Part shown: positions 1-11,131 of the stretch, one piece after another
Layout: every line of letters starts with the position of its first letter
Position numbering within the stretch: the first letter of the stretch is position 1
DNA from: Thermoplasmatota archaeon
Lineage (GTDB): Archaea > Thermoplasmatota > Poseidoniia > Poseidoniales > Thalassarchaeaceae
NCBI GenBank assembly: GCA_036154155.1
Contig: JAYZLP010000049.1
Coordinates: 1 to 56,522, forward strand
DNA length: 56,522 nucleotides
Reading direction: 5' to 3'
The notes under the pieces: generated by a model
What the model was told of the DNA's origin: nothing
Database searches by the model: none
Seen by the model: the letters and a program-made list of their open reading frames with translations, nothing else
Translations under genes and position numbers: made by a program

Positions 1-21
1 TCCTCCGAGATTGACAACATC

Positions 22-468
22 ATGGGGATCATCAGGGAGCAAGCTGCATCTAGGAGAAGGAGCAGGACCGGAAGGGTCACCATTTCCAGAAGCGCCCTTC
101 TAGATGAAGACATACCTGTGGGCGATGACAGATTCAATGTCCTAAACCACCAACTCGTACCTCATCATGACCTAGTTCCGGAGGAAGACGAGGAGATGGT
201 CCTCTCTCCATGGGGCATGATAGAGAAGGACAACGACGGAAACACCCGTCTTGCCAGAGAACTACTTCCGAAGATCCTAATCACCGATCCAGCCGTCCAG
301 GCCATCAAGGAAATTGAGGAAGAGAAGAGGCGGATTGAGATCGAGGAAGGCACCAGGGAAGATGACTACCCTGCCGGTTGGCTGAGGAACAGAGTGGTCA
401 AGGTAGTAAGGTACAGCAGGTCAGCGGGCGCCAGCACCGCTTACCGACTAATCGTAGAGAGCAACTGA
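22..468 (+). CDS. rpoH: DNA-directed RNA polymerase subunit H (Rpo5), extended; may begin upstream of the window
   Basis: Motifs FNVLNHQLVPHH, LPKILITDPAV, VVKVVRYSRSAG..TAYRLIV; directly precedes rpoB; the frame is open back to base 1, so the N-terminus may be truncated. Confidence 0.93.
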   Translation: MGIIREQAASRRRSRTGRVTISRSALLDEDIPVGDDRFNVLNHQLVPHHDLVPEEDEEMVLSPWGMIEKDNDGNTRLARELLPKILITDPAVQAIKEIEEEKRRIEIEEGTREDDYPAGWLRNRVVKVVRYSRSAGASTAYRLIVESN

Positions 469-478
469 GGTGAAGTAG

Positions 479-3400
479 GTGAAGCAAATAGTAGAGAGTT
501 ATTTCGCGCATAGAAGCATGGTTAACCATCAATTGGCATCCTACAATGACTGCGTCCCTGGGGATGGAAGAACCAGCAGGATGGAGAGGATTGTCAGGAG
601 CATCAGGATCGGCAGCGACGACCCTCTTGCAGAGGTTCCTGGAGGGGAAGATGCAGGGGGCATGATCAAGCTCGACGTTCTTGACAAGGAGATATTCATC
701 AGGATGAAAGGAATCAGGCTTGGGGCGCCCACGGTAAGAGAGGCCAATGGCGCAGAGCACCCAGCAACTCCCTTGGAATGCAGACTCAGGAAGCTAACAT
801 ATTTCTCACCTATCTACATGGACTTCAGAATTTACAGAGACGACCTTCCCACAACCGATGGCGCCGACCTTGGTTTCATTGAGGAGGAAGGGGTCCATAT
901 CGGAAACCTGCCAATCATGGTCCGCTCCGCAAGGTGCAACCTTCACCCCGACCACATCGCCGGTACTCAGGAGAAGTCCAGAAAGCTATCTCCCACGACA
1001 ACACCCGAAGATGCAGATACTCTGAAGAAACTTCTGAGGAAGGCCGGAGAGGATCCTTTGGACCCAGGCGGATACTTCATCATCAACGGAACAGAGAGGG
1101 TCCTAATTTCTATGGAGGATCTAGCTCCTAATCGGGTAACTGTGGAGAAGAACAAGAAGTACGCTCACGAGACAGAAGTGGCGAAGATATTCTCACAGAA
1201 GGACGGCGTAAGGAAGCCAATCAACGTCGAGAAGCGAAGAGATGGCATGTTGATGGTCAAGATCCCAAGTGCAGGGACAACTGCAATTCCAGTAGTTCTT
1301 CTGATGAGGGCTCTAGGAATGGAGAACGATAGGGACATTTTCTCAGCCATAGCTGGGCCGGTGGAGGCAATGAAGTACACAGTTGCCAACCTGAATGATG
1401 TCAAAGACAATCCCGAATATGGAGTCGACAACACAGAGGAGGCAATGGCGTGGCTCGAGAAGAAATTCGCTGCGGGTCAGCAGAAGGAATACAGGGAGTC
1501 CCGTATCCAGAATCTGCTCGACAAGGAACTTCTTCCCCACTTGGGCTCTAACGATGAGGTCAGAACCAAGAAGGCAATTTTCCTAGGCAGAATAGTACGC
1601 CAGGTTCTCGAGATGGCAATCACCAATAGGGACCCAAATGACAAGGATCACTATGCCAACAAGAGGGTCCGTCTAGCAGGGGACCTGATGGAGGATCTGT
1701 TCAGGGTCGGCGTTCAGGGGCTTGCGAGGGACCTTAAGTATCAACTCGAAAGGCATCACAACAGAAAGAGGGAGCTCAAAATCAACTCCTGCCTAAGGCC
1801 TGATGTACTTACTTCCAAGATAATGCACGCACTTGCCACAGGCAACTGGGTAGGCGGAAGGTCTGGAGTCAGCCAGCTCCTAGACAGGACGACGTATCTG
1901 GCATCTCTTTCACATATGCGTAGAGTGACAAGCCCCCTCGTCAGGAGCCAACCGCACTTCGAGGCACGAGATCTTCATCCCACTCACTGGGGTAGGCTAT
2001 GTCCCAATGAAACCCCGGAAGGACAAAACTGCGGCCTTGTAAAGAACGCTGCCCAGATGATAGATGTTTCAGAAGAGGTGGCCGAGGAAGACGTCAAGGA
2101 ACTACTGGTTGAGGCAGGTGTAGATCCTAGTCCAGAGGGTTGGGCGGATGGTTCAAGAATCCACGTTAACGGTGACATCTTCGGCCTCCACAAGAGGCCG
2201 AACAAGCTCGTCTCCCAGTTCAAGCGCCGACGCCGTTCTGGCAGGATAAGGCCAGAGGTCAGCATCAGGCACGACACAGAAAACAGGGACGTCTACATCA
2301 ACACTGACAGGGGTAGGATAATGCGCCCCCTCCTAGTTCTAGAGGATGGTACATTGACACTTTCCAAGTTCCACTTGGAGGGACTAGAATCAGGAGAAAT
2401 AACATTCTCAGATTTGGTATCTTCTGGAGTTATTGAGTGGGTTGACGCTGAAGAGGAGGAAGACCTTCTGATAGCACCAAGGCCATTCGATCTACCAGAA
2501 GTTTCTCCAAAGAACAAGCGCCCAATTGACCCCTCAATGGTCAAGTGGCTGAATCTCGGGGACGAGGAGATTTCCAAGGCAAGGCTTTCAGTCGATGTCA
2601 AAATGCCTGACGGCTCTACTGTAACCGAGAAGTTTTCCCTCCCTCTCAATTACCATCAAGACAACGTCGATGACCTCAGGAAGAAAGAGAAGAAGGGCAA
2701 CACAGTTTTGGTTTACACGCACGTAGAAATCGATCCACAACTAATCCTAGGTGTCTGCGCTGCTCTCGTCCCCTATCCTGAGCATAACTCCACTCCAAGG
2801 GTCACTGGCGGGACTGCAATGGTAAAGCAGAGTCTTGGCCTCCCAAGCGCGAACTACCGCCTAAGGCCAGACACAAGAGCGCATGTGATGCATTACCCAC
2901 AGAAGTCTCTAGTCGGCACTCGTGCAATGGACACTACTAACTTCAACAGCAGACCAGGAGGTCAGAACCTTGTGGTCGCTATCATGAGTCACCACGGTTA
3001 CAATATGCAGGACGCTGTAGTGATGAACAAGGCATCAATAGAGAGAGCACTAGGAAGGTCGACCTTCATTCGAACGTACAATGCTGAGAATCGCAGATTC
3101 CCCGGTGGCCAGGAAGAAAGGATAGAGGTCCCTGGAACCGGTCTCGACGAGATCAAGGGAATGAAGTCCTTCGACAGTTACTCGCACCTAGAGAGGGATG
3201 GCCTACCCGTGCCTGAGGAGTTCCTCACAAGTGGGGGCTCAGATTCAGCAGTCCTAGTTGGGAAGACAAGCCCCCCGAGGTTCCTCGAGGAAGCACACGG
3301 CGCGTTCCTACAAGCACAGGAAAGAAGGGAGTCATCCATGATGGTTCGCCATGGGGAGCATGGATGGGTAGACAATGTGTTCGTCACCGAATCTCTTGAT

Positions 3401-4195
3401 TCTGGAAGGCTAGTGAGGATTACTCTGAGGACAAATAAGATTCCCGAACTGGGTGATAAATTCGCAAGCAGGCACGGGCAGAAGGGAATTATTGGAAGGA
3501 TTGTTGAGGAAAGCGATATGCCCTTCACGTCCGATGGAGTAGTTCCTGACCTAATCATCAACCCCCACGCAATCCCCTCTCGCATGACGGTTGCCCACGT
3601 CCTAGAGATGATAGGGGGCAAGGTCGGAGCCATGGAGGCAAGGAGAATTGACGGAACTGCTTTTACTGGCGAGAAGGAGGAGTCATTGAGATCAGGATTG
3701 CTCAGAAACGGATTCAACCACACTGGCAGGGAGAGCATGATCAGTGGAGAGACGGGTGAAGAATATCCAGTAGATGTTTTCGTCGGGGTAATCTATTACC
3801 AGAGGCTTCACCACTTAGTCAGCAGCAAACTACACGCTAGGAGCAGGGGAAGGGTACAGATCCTGACTAGACAACCAACTGAGGGTAGGGCAAGGCAAGG
3901 TGGCCTAAGGTTCGGTGAAATGGAAAGAGACTGCCTCATCTCGCACGGTGCATCAATGGTGATCAAGGACAGGCTCTTGGATGAATCAGATGGCTGGCCC
4001 CTAATGGTATGCAATACCCCTAGGTGCGGGCACATCGCGTACTATGACTGGAAGAGGCGAACTACGGTCTGCCCCTCCTGCGGTGACAGGGCTGATGTAC
4101 ACTCAGTGCAGACATCTTACGCATTCAAACTACTCCTGGACGAAATGAAGAGCCTTGGAGTCGCTATGAGACTTGAACTGGAGGACCGAAGATGA
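479..4195 (+). CDS. rpoB: DNA-directed RNA polymerase subunit B (Rpo2, unsplit)
   Basis: GGYFIINGTERV, GDKFASRHGQKG, NPHAIPSRMT, GGLRFGEMERD, C-terminal Zn ribbon; GTG start preceded by GAGGTG. Confidence 0.99.
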   Translation: MKQIVESYFAHRSMVNHQLASYNDCVPGDGRTSRMERIVRSIRIGSDDPLAEVPGGEDAGGMIKLDVLDKEIFIRMKGIRLGAPTVREANGAEHPATPLECRLRKLTYFSPIYMDFRIYRDDLPTTDGADLGFIEEEGVHIGNLPIMVRSARCNLHPDHIAGTQEKSRKLSPTTTPEDADTLKKLLRKAGEDPLDPGGYFIINGTERVLISMEDLAPNRVTVEKNKKYAHETEVAKIFSQKDGVRKPINVEKRRDGMLMVKIPSAGTTAIPVVLLMRALGMENDRDIFSAIAGPVEAMKYTVANLNDVKDNPEYGVDNTEEAMAWLEKKFAAGQQKEYRESRIQNLLDKELLPHLGSNDEVRTKKAIFLGRIVRQVLEMAITNRDPNDKDHYANKRVRLAGDLMEDLFRVGVQGLARDLKYQLERHHNRKRELKINSCLRPDVLTSKIMHALATGNWVGGRSGVSQLLDRTTYLASLSHMRRVTSPLVRSQPHFEARDLHPTHWGRLCPNETPEGQNCGLVKNAAQMIDVSEEVAEEDVKELLVEAGVDPSPEGWADGSRIHVNGDIFGLHKRPNKLVSQFKRRRRSGRIRPEVSIRHDTENRDVYINTDRGRIMRPLLVLEDGTLTLSKFHLEGLESGEITFSDLVSSGVIEWVDAEEEEDLLIAPRPFDLPEVSPKNKRPIDPSMVKWLNLGDEEISKARLSVDVKMPDGSTVTEKFSLPLNYHQDNVDDLRKKEKKGNTVLVYTHVEIDPQLILGVCAALVPYPEHNSTPRVTGGTAMVKQSLGLPSANYRLRPDTRAHVMHYPQKSLVGTRAMDTTNFNSRPGGQNLVVAIMSHHGYNMQDAVVMNKASIERALGRSTFIRTYNAENRRFPGGQEERIEVPGTGLDEIKGMKSFDSYSHLERDGLPVPEEFLTSGGSDSAVLVGKTSPPRFLEEAHGAFLQAQERRESSMMVRHGEHGWVDNVFVTESLDSGRLVRITLRTNKIPELGDKFASRHGQKGIIGRIVEESDMPFTSDGVVPDLIINPHAIPSRMTVAHVLEMIGGKVGAMEARRIDGTAFTGEKEESLRSGLLRNGFNHTGRESMISGETGEEYPVDVFVGVIYYQRLHHLVSSKLHARSRGRVQILTRQPTEGRARQGGLRFGEMERDCLISHGASMVIKDRLLDESDGWPLMVCNTPRCGHIAYYDWKRRTTVCPSCGDRADVHSVQTSYAFKLLLDEMKSLGVAMRLELEDRR

Positions 4196-7100
4196 GTGCT
4201 AGAAATGCAGCAAAGATCCCAAAGAGGATAGAGGCGATAAAGTTCACACTGATGGACCCAAACGAAATTAGGAAGATGTCCTCAGTAGAGGTCAAAACCG
4301 CTGACACATACAAAGACGATGGCCATCCATACAAGCAGGGCCTCATGGACCCAAAAATGGGAGTCATTGACCCGGGGGTAAGGTGCGAGACATGTGGCAA
4401 CAAGCACGACGAGTGCCCAAGTCACTTCGGGCACATAGCTCTGGAGCTTCCAGTGATGCATATAGGATTCACCAATCTGATCAAGACATCCCTCAAGTCG
4501 ACCTGTAACACGTGCAGCAAGATTCTACTGCACGATAAGCCTGACACCCATCCAGTTGACCCTGAGAAGTCTGAGCAGGACTACTACGAGGAGAAGGTAA
4601 AGGATGTCATGATTAAGCACGGGGTTGGATCTTCGGAATTCAAGAACGTAATCAAGGACATTGAAAAGGAGTGTTCAAGCAAAAAGAGGACAATTTGCAT
4701 GCACTGTGGTAGTGAGCAGGGCAAGATTATCCTGGACAAGCCCTCGACATTCAAGGAGAAGAAAGAAAACAAGGGTGAGCACAAACTCAACGCTCGCGAC
4801 ATCAGGGAGTGGCTTGAGAGAATTCCGGACGAGCACCTTATCTTCCTTGGGATGGACAAGGACGCAGCAAGGCCTGAGTGGACCATTATGAAGGTCCTTC
4901 CAGTGCCCCCAATAACTGTTAGGCCCTCAATAACACTGGACAGCGGCGATAGATCAGAGGATGACCTTACTCACAAGCTAGTCGACGTTCTGAGAATCAA
5001 TCAACGCCTCAGAGAAAACCGAGATGCTGGTGCGCCTCAGTTGATTGTCGAGGACCTTTGGGAGCTCCTGCAGTACCACTGTACAACGTATTTCGACAAT
5101 CAAACTAGTGGGATACCCCCTGCTAGGCATCGCTCAGGAAGGCCACTGAAGACCCTAGCTCAGAGGCTCAAAGGAAAGGAAGGAAGGTTCAGGAGTAACC
5201 TCTCTGGAAAGAGAGTAAACTTCTGTGCTCGGACTGTAATCAGCCCAGACCCCAATCTTGGAATTAACGAGGTTGGAATCCCCACTCAAACGGCCAAAGA
5301 ACTGACTGTCCCTATCCGAGTCACTAGCCGTAACAGGGAGCAACTAAGGCAGATGATCCTACGGGGGCCTGACGTCCACCCAGGGGTCAACTACATCATC
5401 AGGGGCGACAAGTTCAGAGTCAGAATCACCGATCGAACCAAGTTCATTTGGTCCGGTTTCAGATGCCTAAATCCAGAGTGCCATTCGGGAAGTGAAGATG
5501 AGCCCTACACTGGCTATAGGCCGGATCTGAATGAAGTCCTACCGGCTCCTAATTTCCTACCCGGATTGGAGCTAATGAAGCAAATGCGAAGAAATTCCAT
5601 CGGGGACCTGGAGGAGGAATGGGGCGTTGACTTAGAAAACACCCTCCGTAACCTAAGGGGGGAGGATGAAAGGGGCCTGCCCTTGCCAGAAGCCGACCAA
5701 AGAGCCTCAATTCACTATAGGTGGAAGTGGGAGATGGAGAATCCGGGAGAGTACCTCCCAGAACATCTCGAGGTCAAGTGCCCCCATTGTGGAAGCCCGG
5801 AAGTCGAAGACGACTACGGCAATGCATACAGTACCGACGTAGAAGACAGACTAAGCACACATGACTTGGATGGAAATCCAAAGCCCGGGGTAATTGTTGA
5901 ACGCCACTTAATTGACGGTGATGTTGCCCTGTTCAACAGGCAACCATCCCTACATCGCATGTCCATGATGGTTCACGAGGTCAGGGTGATGCCAGGTAAG
6001 ACATTCAGATTCAATCTTGCTGATTGCACCCCCTACAACGCGGACTTCGATGGCGATGAGATGAACCTTCACGTAATACAAAGCGAGGAAGCTAGGGCAG
6101 AGGCCAAGATTCTCATGCGCGTGCAGGAGCACATCATAACCCCGAGGTACGGTGGAAGCGTCATTGGCGGTATCCACGACCACATATCGGGTGCATACCT
6201 CCTGACTCACGGGGATAGGGTTCTACCAAAGAATCTGGTAATGCAGGTCCTAGGTGACACTAACTGGGACGGAGAACTCCCTCCGGAAGTTGAGGAGAAT
6301 GGGGTAATTGGGTATCGTGGAAGCGACGTCCTCAGCTTGATCGTTCCCGAAGGCTTCAATTTGGATTATGTAAGCAGAATTGGAGACAGCGTGAAGGTGA
6401 CCAAGGGAGACGTCTCAGGCACTATTGACAAGAGAGGCATAGGCGCAGAGGACGGAAGATTGCTAGACGCAGTTGTTCACACTCATGGCCCAGAGGCCGG
6501 TGCAGAATTCCTCGACAGGATGACTAGGATGACCATCTCCATATGCACTTCTATGGGATTCACCACGGGTATAGATGACGAAGACCTGCCCCCAGAGGCC
6601 AAGGCCGAGATAGCGAAGATAAACAAGAAGGGAAGCGACGCCGTCGACGAAGAACTGGCCAAGTTCGGTAAGGATGGGAGGAGGTATGAAACAAGACCCG
6701 GAAGAACCCCTGTGGAGACACTGGAGGAGAACATCCTGATGATCCTGGATGAGGCAAAGACAGAGTCAGGAAATATCGCCAAGACATATCTGGGATCAGA
6801 TAACGCTGCTGTAATGATGGCAACTTCAGGTGCCAGGGGGTCCATGGACAACCTAGCAATGATGGCCGGATCAATAGGCCAGCCCAAGGTCAGGGGTAAG
6901 AGACTAGAAAGGGGCTATCAGGATCGCGTATTGGCACACTTCCCACGAAATGCCAAAGGCGCGCAGGAGAAGGGTTTCGTAGGCTCGTCATTCAAGAGGG
7001 GTCTAGAGCCCACTGAATTCTTCATGCTTTCTGTCTCGGGCAGGGAGTCCCTCGTAGACACCGCTGTAAGAACGGCAAAGTCTGGTTACATGCAGAGGAG

Positions 7101-7284
7101 ACTGATCAATGCAATGGACGACTTGAAGGTCGCAAACGATGGAAGGGGTTCAGTAAGGAACACCGCTGACAGAATCATACAGTTCGAATATGGAGAGGAC
7201 GGAGTTGATCCGGCAAGAAGCCGTGGCGGGATGCCGTTCGACGTCTCTCAGGTTTTGGATGATGCTCTAGGGGGTGACAACTGA
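4192..7284 (+). CDS. rpoA1: DNA-directed RNA polymerase subunit A' (Rpo1N)
   Basis: Catalytic [37 protein letters not shown]-terminal Zn motif; ATGA overlap with the rpoB stop. Confidence 0.99.
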   Translation: MSARNAAKIPKRIEAIKFTLMDPNEIRKMSSVEVKTADTYKDDGHPYKQGLMDPKMGVIDPGVRCETCGNKHDECPSHFGHIALELPVMHIGFTNLIKTSLKSTCNTCSKILLHDKPDTHPVDPEKSEQDYYEEKVKDVMIKHGVGSSEFKNVIKDIEKECSSKKRTICMHCGSEQGKIILDKPSTFKEKKENKGEHKLNARDIREWLERIPDEHLIFLGMDKDAARPEWTIMKVLPVPPITVRPSITLDSGDRSEDDLTHKLVDVLRINQRLRENRDAGAPQLIVEDLWELLQYHCTTYFDNQTSGIPPARHRSGRPLKTLAQRLKGKEGRFRSNLSGKRVNFCARTVISPDPNLGINEVGIPTQTAKELTVPIRVTSRNREQLRQMILRGPDVHPGVNYIIRGDKFRVRITDRTKFIWSGFRCLNPECHSGSEDEPYTGYRPDLNEVLPAPNFLPGLELMKQMRRNSIGDLEEEWGVDLENTLRNLRGEDERGLPLPEADQRASIHYRWKWEMENPGEYLPEHLEVKCPHCGSPEVEDDYGNAYSTDVEDRLSTHDLDGNPKPGVIVERHLIDGDVALFNRQPSLHRMSMMVHEVRVMPGKTFRFNLADCTPYNADFDGDEMNLHVIQSEEARAEAKILMRVQEHIITPRYGGSVIGGIHDHISGAYLLTHGDRVLPKNLVMQVLGDTNWDGELPPEVEENGVIGYRGSDVLSLIVPEGFNLDYVSRIGDSVKVTKGDVSGTIDKRGIGAEDGRLLDAVVHTHGPEAGAEFLDRMTRMTISICTSMGFTTGIDDEDLPPEAKAEIAKINKKGSDAVDEELAKFGKDGRRYETRPGRTPVETLEENILMILDEAKTESGNIAKTYLGSDNAAVMMATSGARGSMDNLAMMAGSIGQPKVRGKRLERGYQDRVLAHFPRNAKGAQEKGFVGSSFKRGLEPTEFFMLSVSGRESLVDTAVRTAKSGYMQRRLINAMDDLKVANDGRGSVRNTADRIIQFEYGEDGVDPARSRGGMPFDVSQVLDDALGGDN

Positions 7285-8855
7285 TGGTCGTCAAGAGTGC
7301 AACAAAGAAGAAACTGATGGATCTCCAGATAGACGAGGAATACGCCCACAAGCTCGCAGATGACAGAAAGTGGGACGATGTAAAAATCCTCACTGCGGGA
7401 CAGATTGCTCAAATCTGCGGAATCGACTCAGGAACTGCTCAGAGAATCCATGACCTCATGGCATCCTCATCCAAGTCCGCCAGATCTGCCGCCGCATCCA
7501 CTGAGAAGACCATGGTCAGGAGGAAGTCAGCTGCATCACGCCGAAGGCGTAAGACAATGTTGCCCCTTCAGTCCTATGACCCAGAGGACAAGATGGTTCA
7601 GGTGATGAGGGACATAGATCATCACGATGAGATTTACAAGCAACTCCAGACCGCTTGCGAGGAGGAAAACGTCAGCCTTACGCCTAGGATGGTCATGGAT
7701 CTGACAGAAGGAATCAGGGCTCGAGGAGAATCGAAAGTAACTCCTGCCAAGGCTAGGAAGGTGATTCAATCAGCAAAGAACTCCCTGAACAGGTCCAGTG
7801 CGGACCCCCACGAGGCAGTTGGAATAACCACTGCTCAATCCATCGGAGAGCCTGGAACGCAGATGACCATGAGAACCTTCCATTATGCGGGTGTAGCTAC
7901 AGTCAACGTGACACAAGGTCTACCAAGGATCATAGAGATAGTCGATGCAAGAAAATCCCCAAACACCCCAACAATGAGGATATTCCTAGAGGAATTCAAC
8001 AGCAAGGGCAAGCCCCTCAGGACGAATGAGAAGCTAGTAAGGGGCATCGCCGCAGGCTTGGAGGCTACTACAACCAGCGACATTGCAAACATAGACGTCG
8101 AGGTCGCGCAGCGATACTTGAGCCTCAAACTCGTAAATTCTAACATGCGACTGAAGAACATGAACGGGGCCGAGGTTAGGGACAAGCTGCAAAGAGCACT
8201 ACGACTATTCATCCAGGCCGATTCCGACGAGAAGCCAAAGGAACTCAAGATCATCCCCGGAGTTTCAAAGGAGGAAGATTTGGAGAATCTAGCCACTGAC
8301 CCTCCGACCTATACAGATCTCCTACAGTTGGAGGACAAGATAAAGAAATTGCAACTGAAGGGCATCAGGGGAATCGAACGCGCAAACGTTCAAGCTGGTG
8401 AGAACGGAGAATACTACATCTCCACAATAGGTTCAAACCTAGCTAAAGTCAGCGAGTTCGCAGGCATAGACCGTTCTAGAACATACACCAACAACATCAA
8501 TGAGATTCATTCCTACCTCGGAATTGAGGCTGCTAGGCAGGCTATCATCAATGAGATGAGTGACACACTTGAGGGAGCTGGCCTCGACGTCGATGTTAGG
8601 CACCTTCTGATGGTCGCCGATGTAATGACCAGCGAGGGTGAAGTCAGAGCGATAGGAAGGCACGGTGTCAGCGGTACCAAGCATAGCATATTGGCCCGTT
8701 CGGCGTTCGAGGTCACAGTTACTCATCTATTGAGGGCTGGAATTATCGGAGAGCGTGACGAACTTAAGGGAGTCACAGAGAACATCGTCGTCGGACAGCC
8801 AATCGCACTCGGCACTGGTAGTGTTGATCTGTTCTACATCCCTGAAGAGGCATGA
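7284..8855 (+). CDS. rpoA2: DNA-directed RNA polymerase subunit A'' (Rpo1C) with N-terminal extension
   Basis: [20 protein letters not shown] trigger loop, [21 protein letters not shown]; 1-nt overlap with rpoA1. Confidence 0.98.
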   Translation: MVVKSATKKKLMDLQIDEEYAHKLADDRKWDDVKILTAGQIAQICGIDSGTAQRIHDLMASSSKSARSAAASTEKTMVRRKSAASRRRRKTMLPLQSYDPEDKMVQVMRDIDHHDEIYKQLQTACEEENVSLTPRMVMDLTEGIRARGESKVTPAKARKVIQSAKNSLNRSSADPHEAVGITTAQSIGEPGTQMTMRTFHYAGVATVNVTQGLPRIIEIVDARKSPNTPTMRIFLEEFNSKGKPLRTNEKLVRGIAAGLEATTTSDIANIDVEVAQRYLSLKLVNSNMRLKNMNGAEVRDKLQRALRLFIQADSDEKPKELKIIPGVSKEEDLENLATDPPTYTDLLQLEDKIKKLQLKGIRGIERANVQAGENGEYYISTIGSNLAKVSEFAGIDRSRTYTNNINEIHSYLGIEAARQAIINEMSDTLEGAGLDVDVRHLLMVADVMTSEGEVRAIGRHGVSGTKHSILARSAFEVTVTHLLRAGIIGERDELKGVTENIVVGQPIALGTGSVDLFYIPEEA

Positions 8856-8873
8856 GGAAAAGGTGGAATTGAA

Positions 8874-9170
8874 ATGGACCTAGGTAGAAATCTGAAACAG
8901 GGCCTGAATACAGGAAAGATGCTGTTCGGCCAGAGGGAGACAATGGGCGCCTGCGACAAGGGGGAGGCTAGGCTAGTTATCGTAGCCGCGAACTGTCCCG
9001 AGGACTTCATCGACAGTATGTCCGAAAGTCACCCAAACATAACGATGCACAGAGTCGGCCTCGTCAATAGGCAACTCGGAGCCGCGTGTGCAAAGCCGTT
9101 CCCCGTCAGCGCACTTTGCGTAATTGACCCCGGACAGAGTGATTTACTTTCTCTGCAGTCCAACCTTTAG
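8874..9170 (+). CDS. rpl30e: 50S ribosomal protein L30e
   Basis: TGK..FG, ARLVIVAANCP, LGAACAKPFPVSAL.VIDPG.SD; canonical position after rpoA2. Confidence 0.95.
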   Translation: MDLGRNLKQGLNTGKMLFGQRETMGACDKGEARLVIVAANCPEDFIDSMSESHPNITMHRVGLVNRQLGAACAKPFPVSALCVIDPGQSDLLSLQSNL

Positions 9171-9255
9171 CCGTACGTGAGCATATTCCCACATTCCCCT
9201 CTCCCAAGGGGCTACTGGCCAATACCATTCAAGCGTACTACCCCTCCCTAGGCAT

Positions 9256-10197
9256 ATGGAAGAGGCTGTTCGCGCACTCCTCTCGTCCAGGGGAGTTAGA
9301 CTGGAGCCTCCTTCGGAGGGTATTGAAATCCCTGAGTTCAGATTATTGGGCATTGCAGAGAAGGTCCCAGAGATCGGCGTATCAGTAGAATCGGTTGTCT
9401 TCGTTTGGCATGTGGAATCGGGGCTGGTGCCGATTTCAGACGCCGATTTTGAGAGGTGGTGCGTGGATGCACCCGCTGGGAGGAATTGGATTCTTTGTGA
9501 GCGTGAATTACCAAAGGGATCCCTCAATAATTTACCATCCGGTGTCGAATTAGTGGCATGGTCGCCCGAGACTCTCTCAAGGTGGATAGGGGATGCAGTA
9601 ATTTCAGGAGAACTTGTTGCCAGTACTCCAAGCGCCAATAAGGTAGAGGATTCAGAAGCCCATGCTGGGAATGAGGCGGAAGACGATGACGAAACAATCA
9701 TTGTCCCAGCGATCGTAGATATCGAGTCATGGTTAATTCAATCAGGCAGAGAGGGGTCCCTAACATCCCCCGTCCTTCTCAAAGCGAGGCTTTTGGACGT
9801 TGACGGATCACTGATAGGTCCTGATGGAGATATAATACCATCTAATTGGAAAATAATTGAGGACCCGTGGTCTTCTTCACTGACCATCAGTGAATCCATC
9901 TTGGAAAATTCAAATGTGATGATCAGGATGGTCGAACCACCCGCTAGTAAGTGGTTATCAGAAGAATCTCTGTCGAACAAGCTTCCTTCAATCCTGGACA
10001 GGAAGATACAAGGAGGAAGCGAAGAGGGTGAAGGCCCAGTAAGAAGCATAATGCTCGAATGGTGGAGGGCAGATACTAACTCACTCTCGATGTCAAAACG
10101 TGTTGTCGGAATACCAGGGTGGATTATCGATACTCAAGGTAGAGAGAGCGTGATACTTCATAGCGGTAATGGGAGGACTTACCCGATTCCCGTCTAG
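9256..10197 (+). CDS. Hypothetical protein (313 aa, acidic)
   Basis: Long ORF with its own TTCAAG box 28 nt upstream; no family recognised. Confidence 0.75.
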   Translation: MEEAVRALLSSRGVRLEPPSEGIEIPEFRLLGIAEKVPEIGVSVESVVFVWHVESGLVPISDADFERWCVDAPAGRNWILCERELPKGSLNNLPSGVELVAWSPETLSRWIGDAVISGELVASTPSANKVEDSEAHAGNEAEDDDETIIVPAIVDIESWLIQSGREGSLTSPVLLKARLLDVDGSLIGPDGDIIPSNWKIIEDPWSSSLTISESILENSNVMIRMVEPPASKWLSEESLSNKLPSILDRKIQGGSEEGEGPVRSIMLEWWRADTNSLSMSKRVVGIPGWIIDTQGRESVILHSGNGRTYPIPV

Positions 10198-11069
10198 TCC
10201 CTCTGTAATGCCATCAGCTCATCAGTCGACAAGGTGTCTCCCGACATTAGCCTGGACATCAGATCAGTAACCTCTGTCTTACTTCCTCCTTCTGCCTCAC
10301 CGCCCTCTCTCGCATCGATTGCTTTCATTAGGTCCTGCATGGAATGAATGCACCGCAGTGAAACAATGTACAGATTATGAAGCGCATCAGCCTCTTTCTT
10401 CGACTTCGTAAGTCCTGAATGTGCCGAATTAGCGCGCTCTCTGAGCCTATCTACCTCGTCGGACAACTCCACCATTAGATCGTGCGCCTCTTGCGCTTCC
10501 GTAACTGCTTTCTCCACTCTGTTGTGGGCATCTTCCTGTAGCCTCTCAGCCTCTCTGACCTTTGTTTTCAAATCCCCTAGGCCACCGCTTGACTTGTTTC
10601 TCTCAACTGCCTCTGATAATTCCTGCTTGAGCTTCTTCATCTCTCTGAAGAATTTCTTCTCGCTAGCTCCTGTGAAGCCACCTCTCTCGTATTTCCTCTC
10701 CAACGCTTCCATCTTCGATCTAATTTTTGATGGTGGCGGACCTGATGGCCGCCTCTCTCTTTTGCCGTTTTGTTCGGCCTCAGCTAATCTCGATCGTAGC
10801 TCCGTTCTTACTACCTTCAGTTCATCTGATCTTTCGGATCTCTCTATCTTCAAATCCTTGACTTTGGAATTTGCCACATCTCTAATTTCCTTCTGGCTTC
10901 TGACCTCGGAAATCAGCTCCTTGACTTGCCTATTCACCTCATTTCTGCTATCTAAGTAGGTTCTAACCCTGGCATTGTACTCGTCCCTAACCTCCTTCCT
11001 TCCATCCAAATCTGACTCCATCGTCTGGCATAGGGGTTGGAACAACTCACGAACTTCCGAGTATTCCAA
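10194..11069 (-). CDS. Archaeal coiled-coil protein (COG1340-like), paralogue 1
   Basis: Charged heptad-rich helices, central break (KMEALERKYERGGFTGASEKKFF), C-terminal RLMSGDTLSTDEL; TTG start with AAGGAGGT ribosome-binding site. Confidence 0.8.
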   Translation of the reverse strand: MEYSEVRELFQPLCQTMESDLDGRKEVRDEYNARVRTYLDSRNEVNRQVKELISEVRSQKEIRDVANSKVKDLKIERSERSDELKVVRTELRSRLAEAEQNGKRERRPSGPPPSKIRSKMEALERKYERGGFTGASEKKFFREMKKLKQELSEAVERNKSSGGLGDLKTKVREAERLQEDAHNRVEKAVTEAQEAHDLMVELSDEVDRLRERANSAHSGLTKSKKEADALHNLYIVSLRCIHSMQDLMKAIDAREGGEAEGGSKTEVTDLMSRLMSGDTLSTDELMALQRD

Positions 11070-11131
11070 AGTATTACCTCCTTAATTCCGAGTTCGAAAT
11101 TCCATATAAGGGCATAGCAGGGCGATTACTG

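Noticed and set aside
5440-5880. Possible intein in rpoA1
   Set aside because: No N-terminal Cys/Ser block A, no terminal His-Asn followed by Cys/Ser/Thr, and no LAGLIDADG motif; it looks like a Zn-binding insertion
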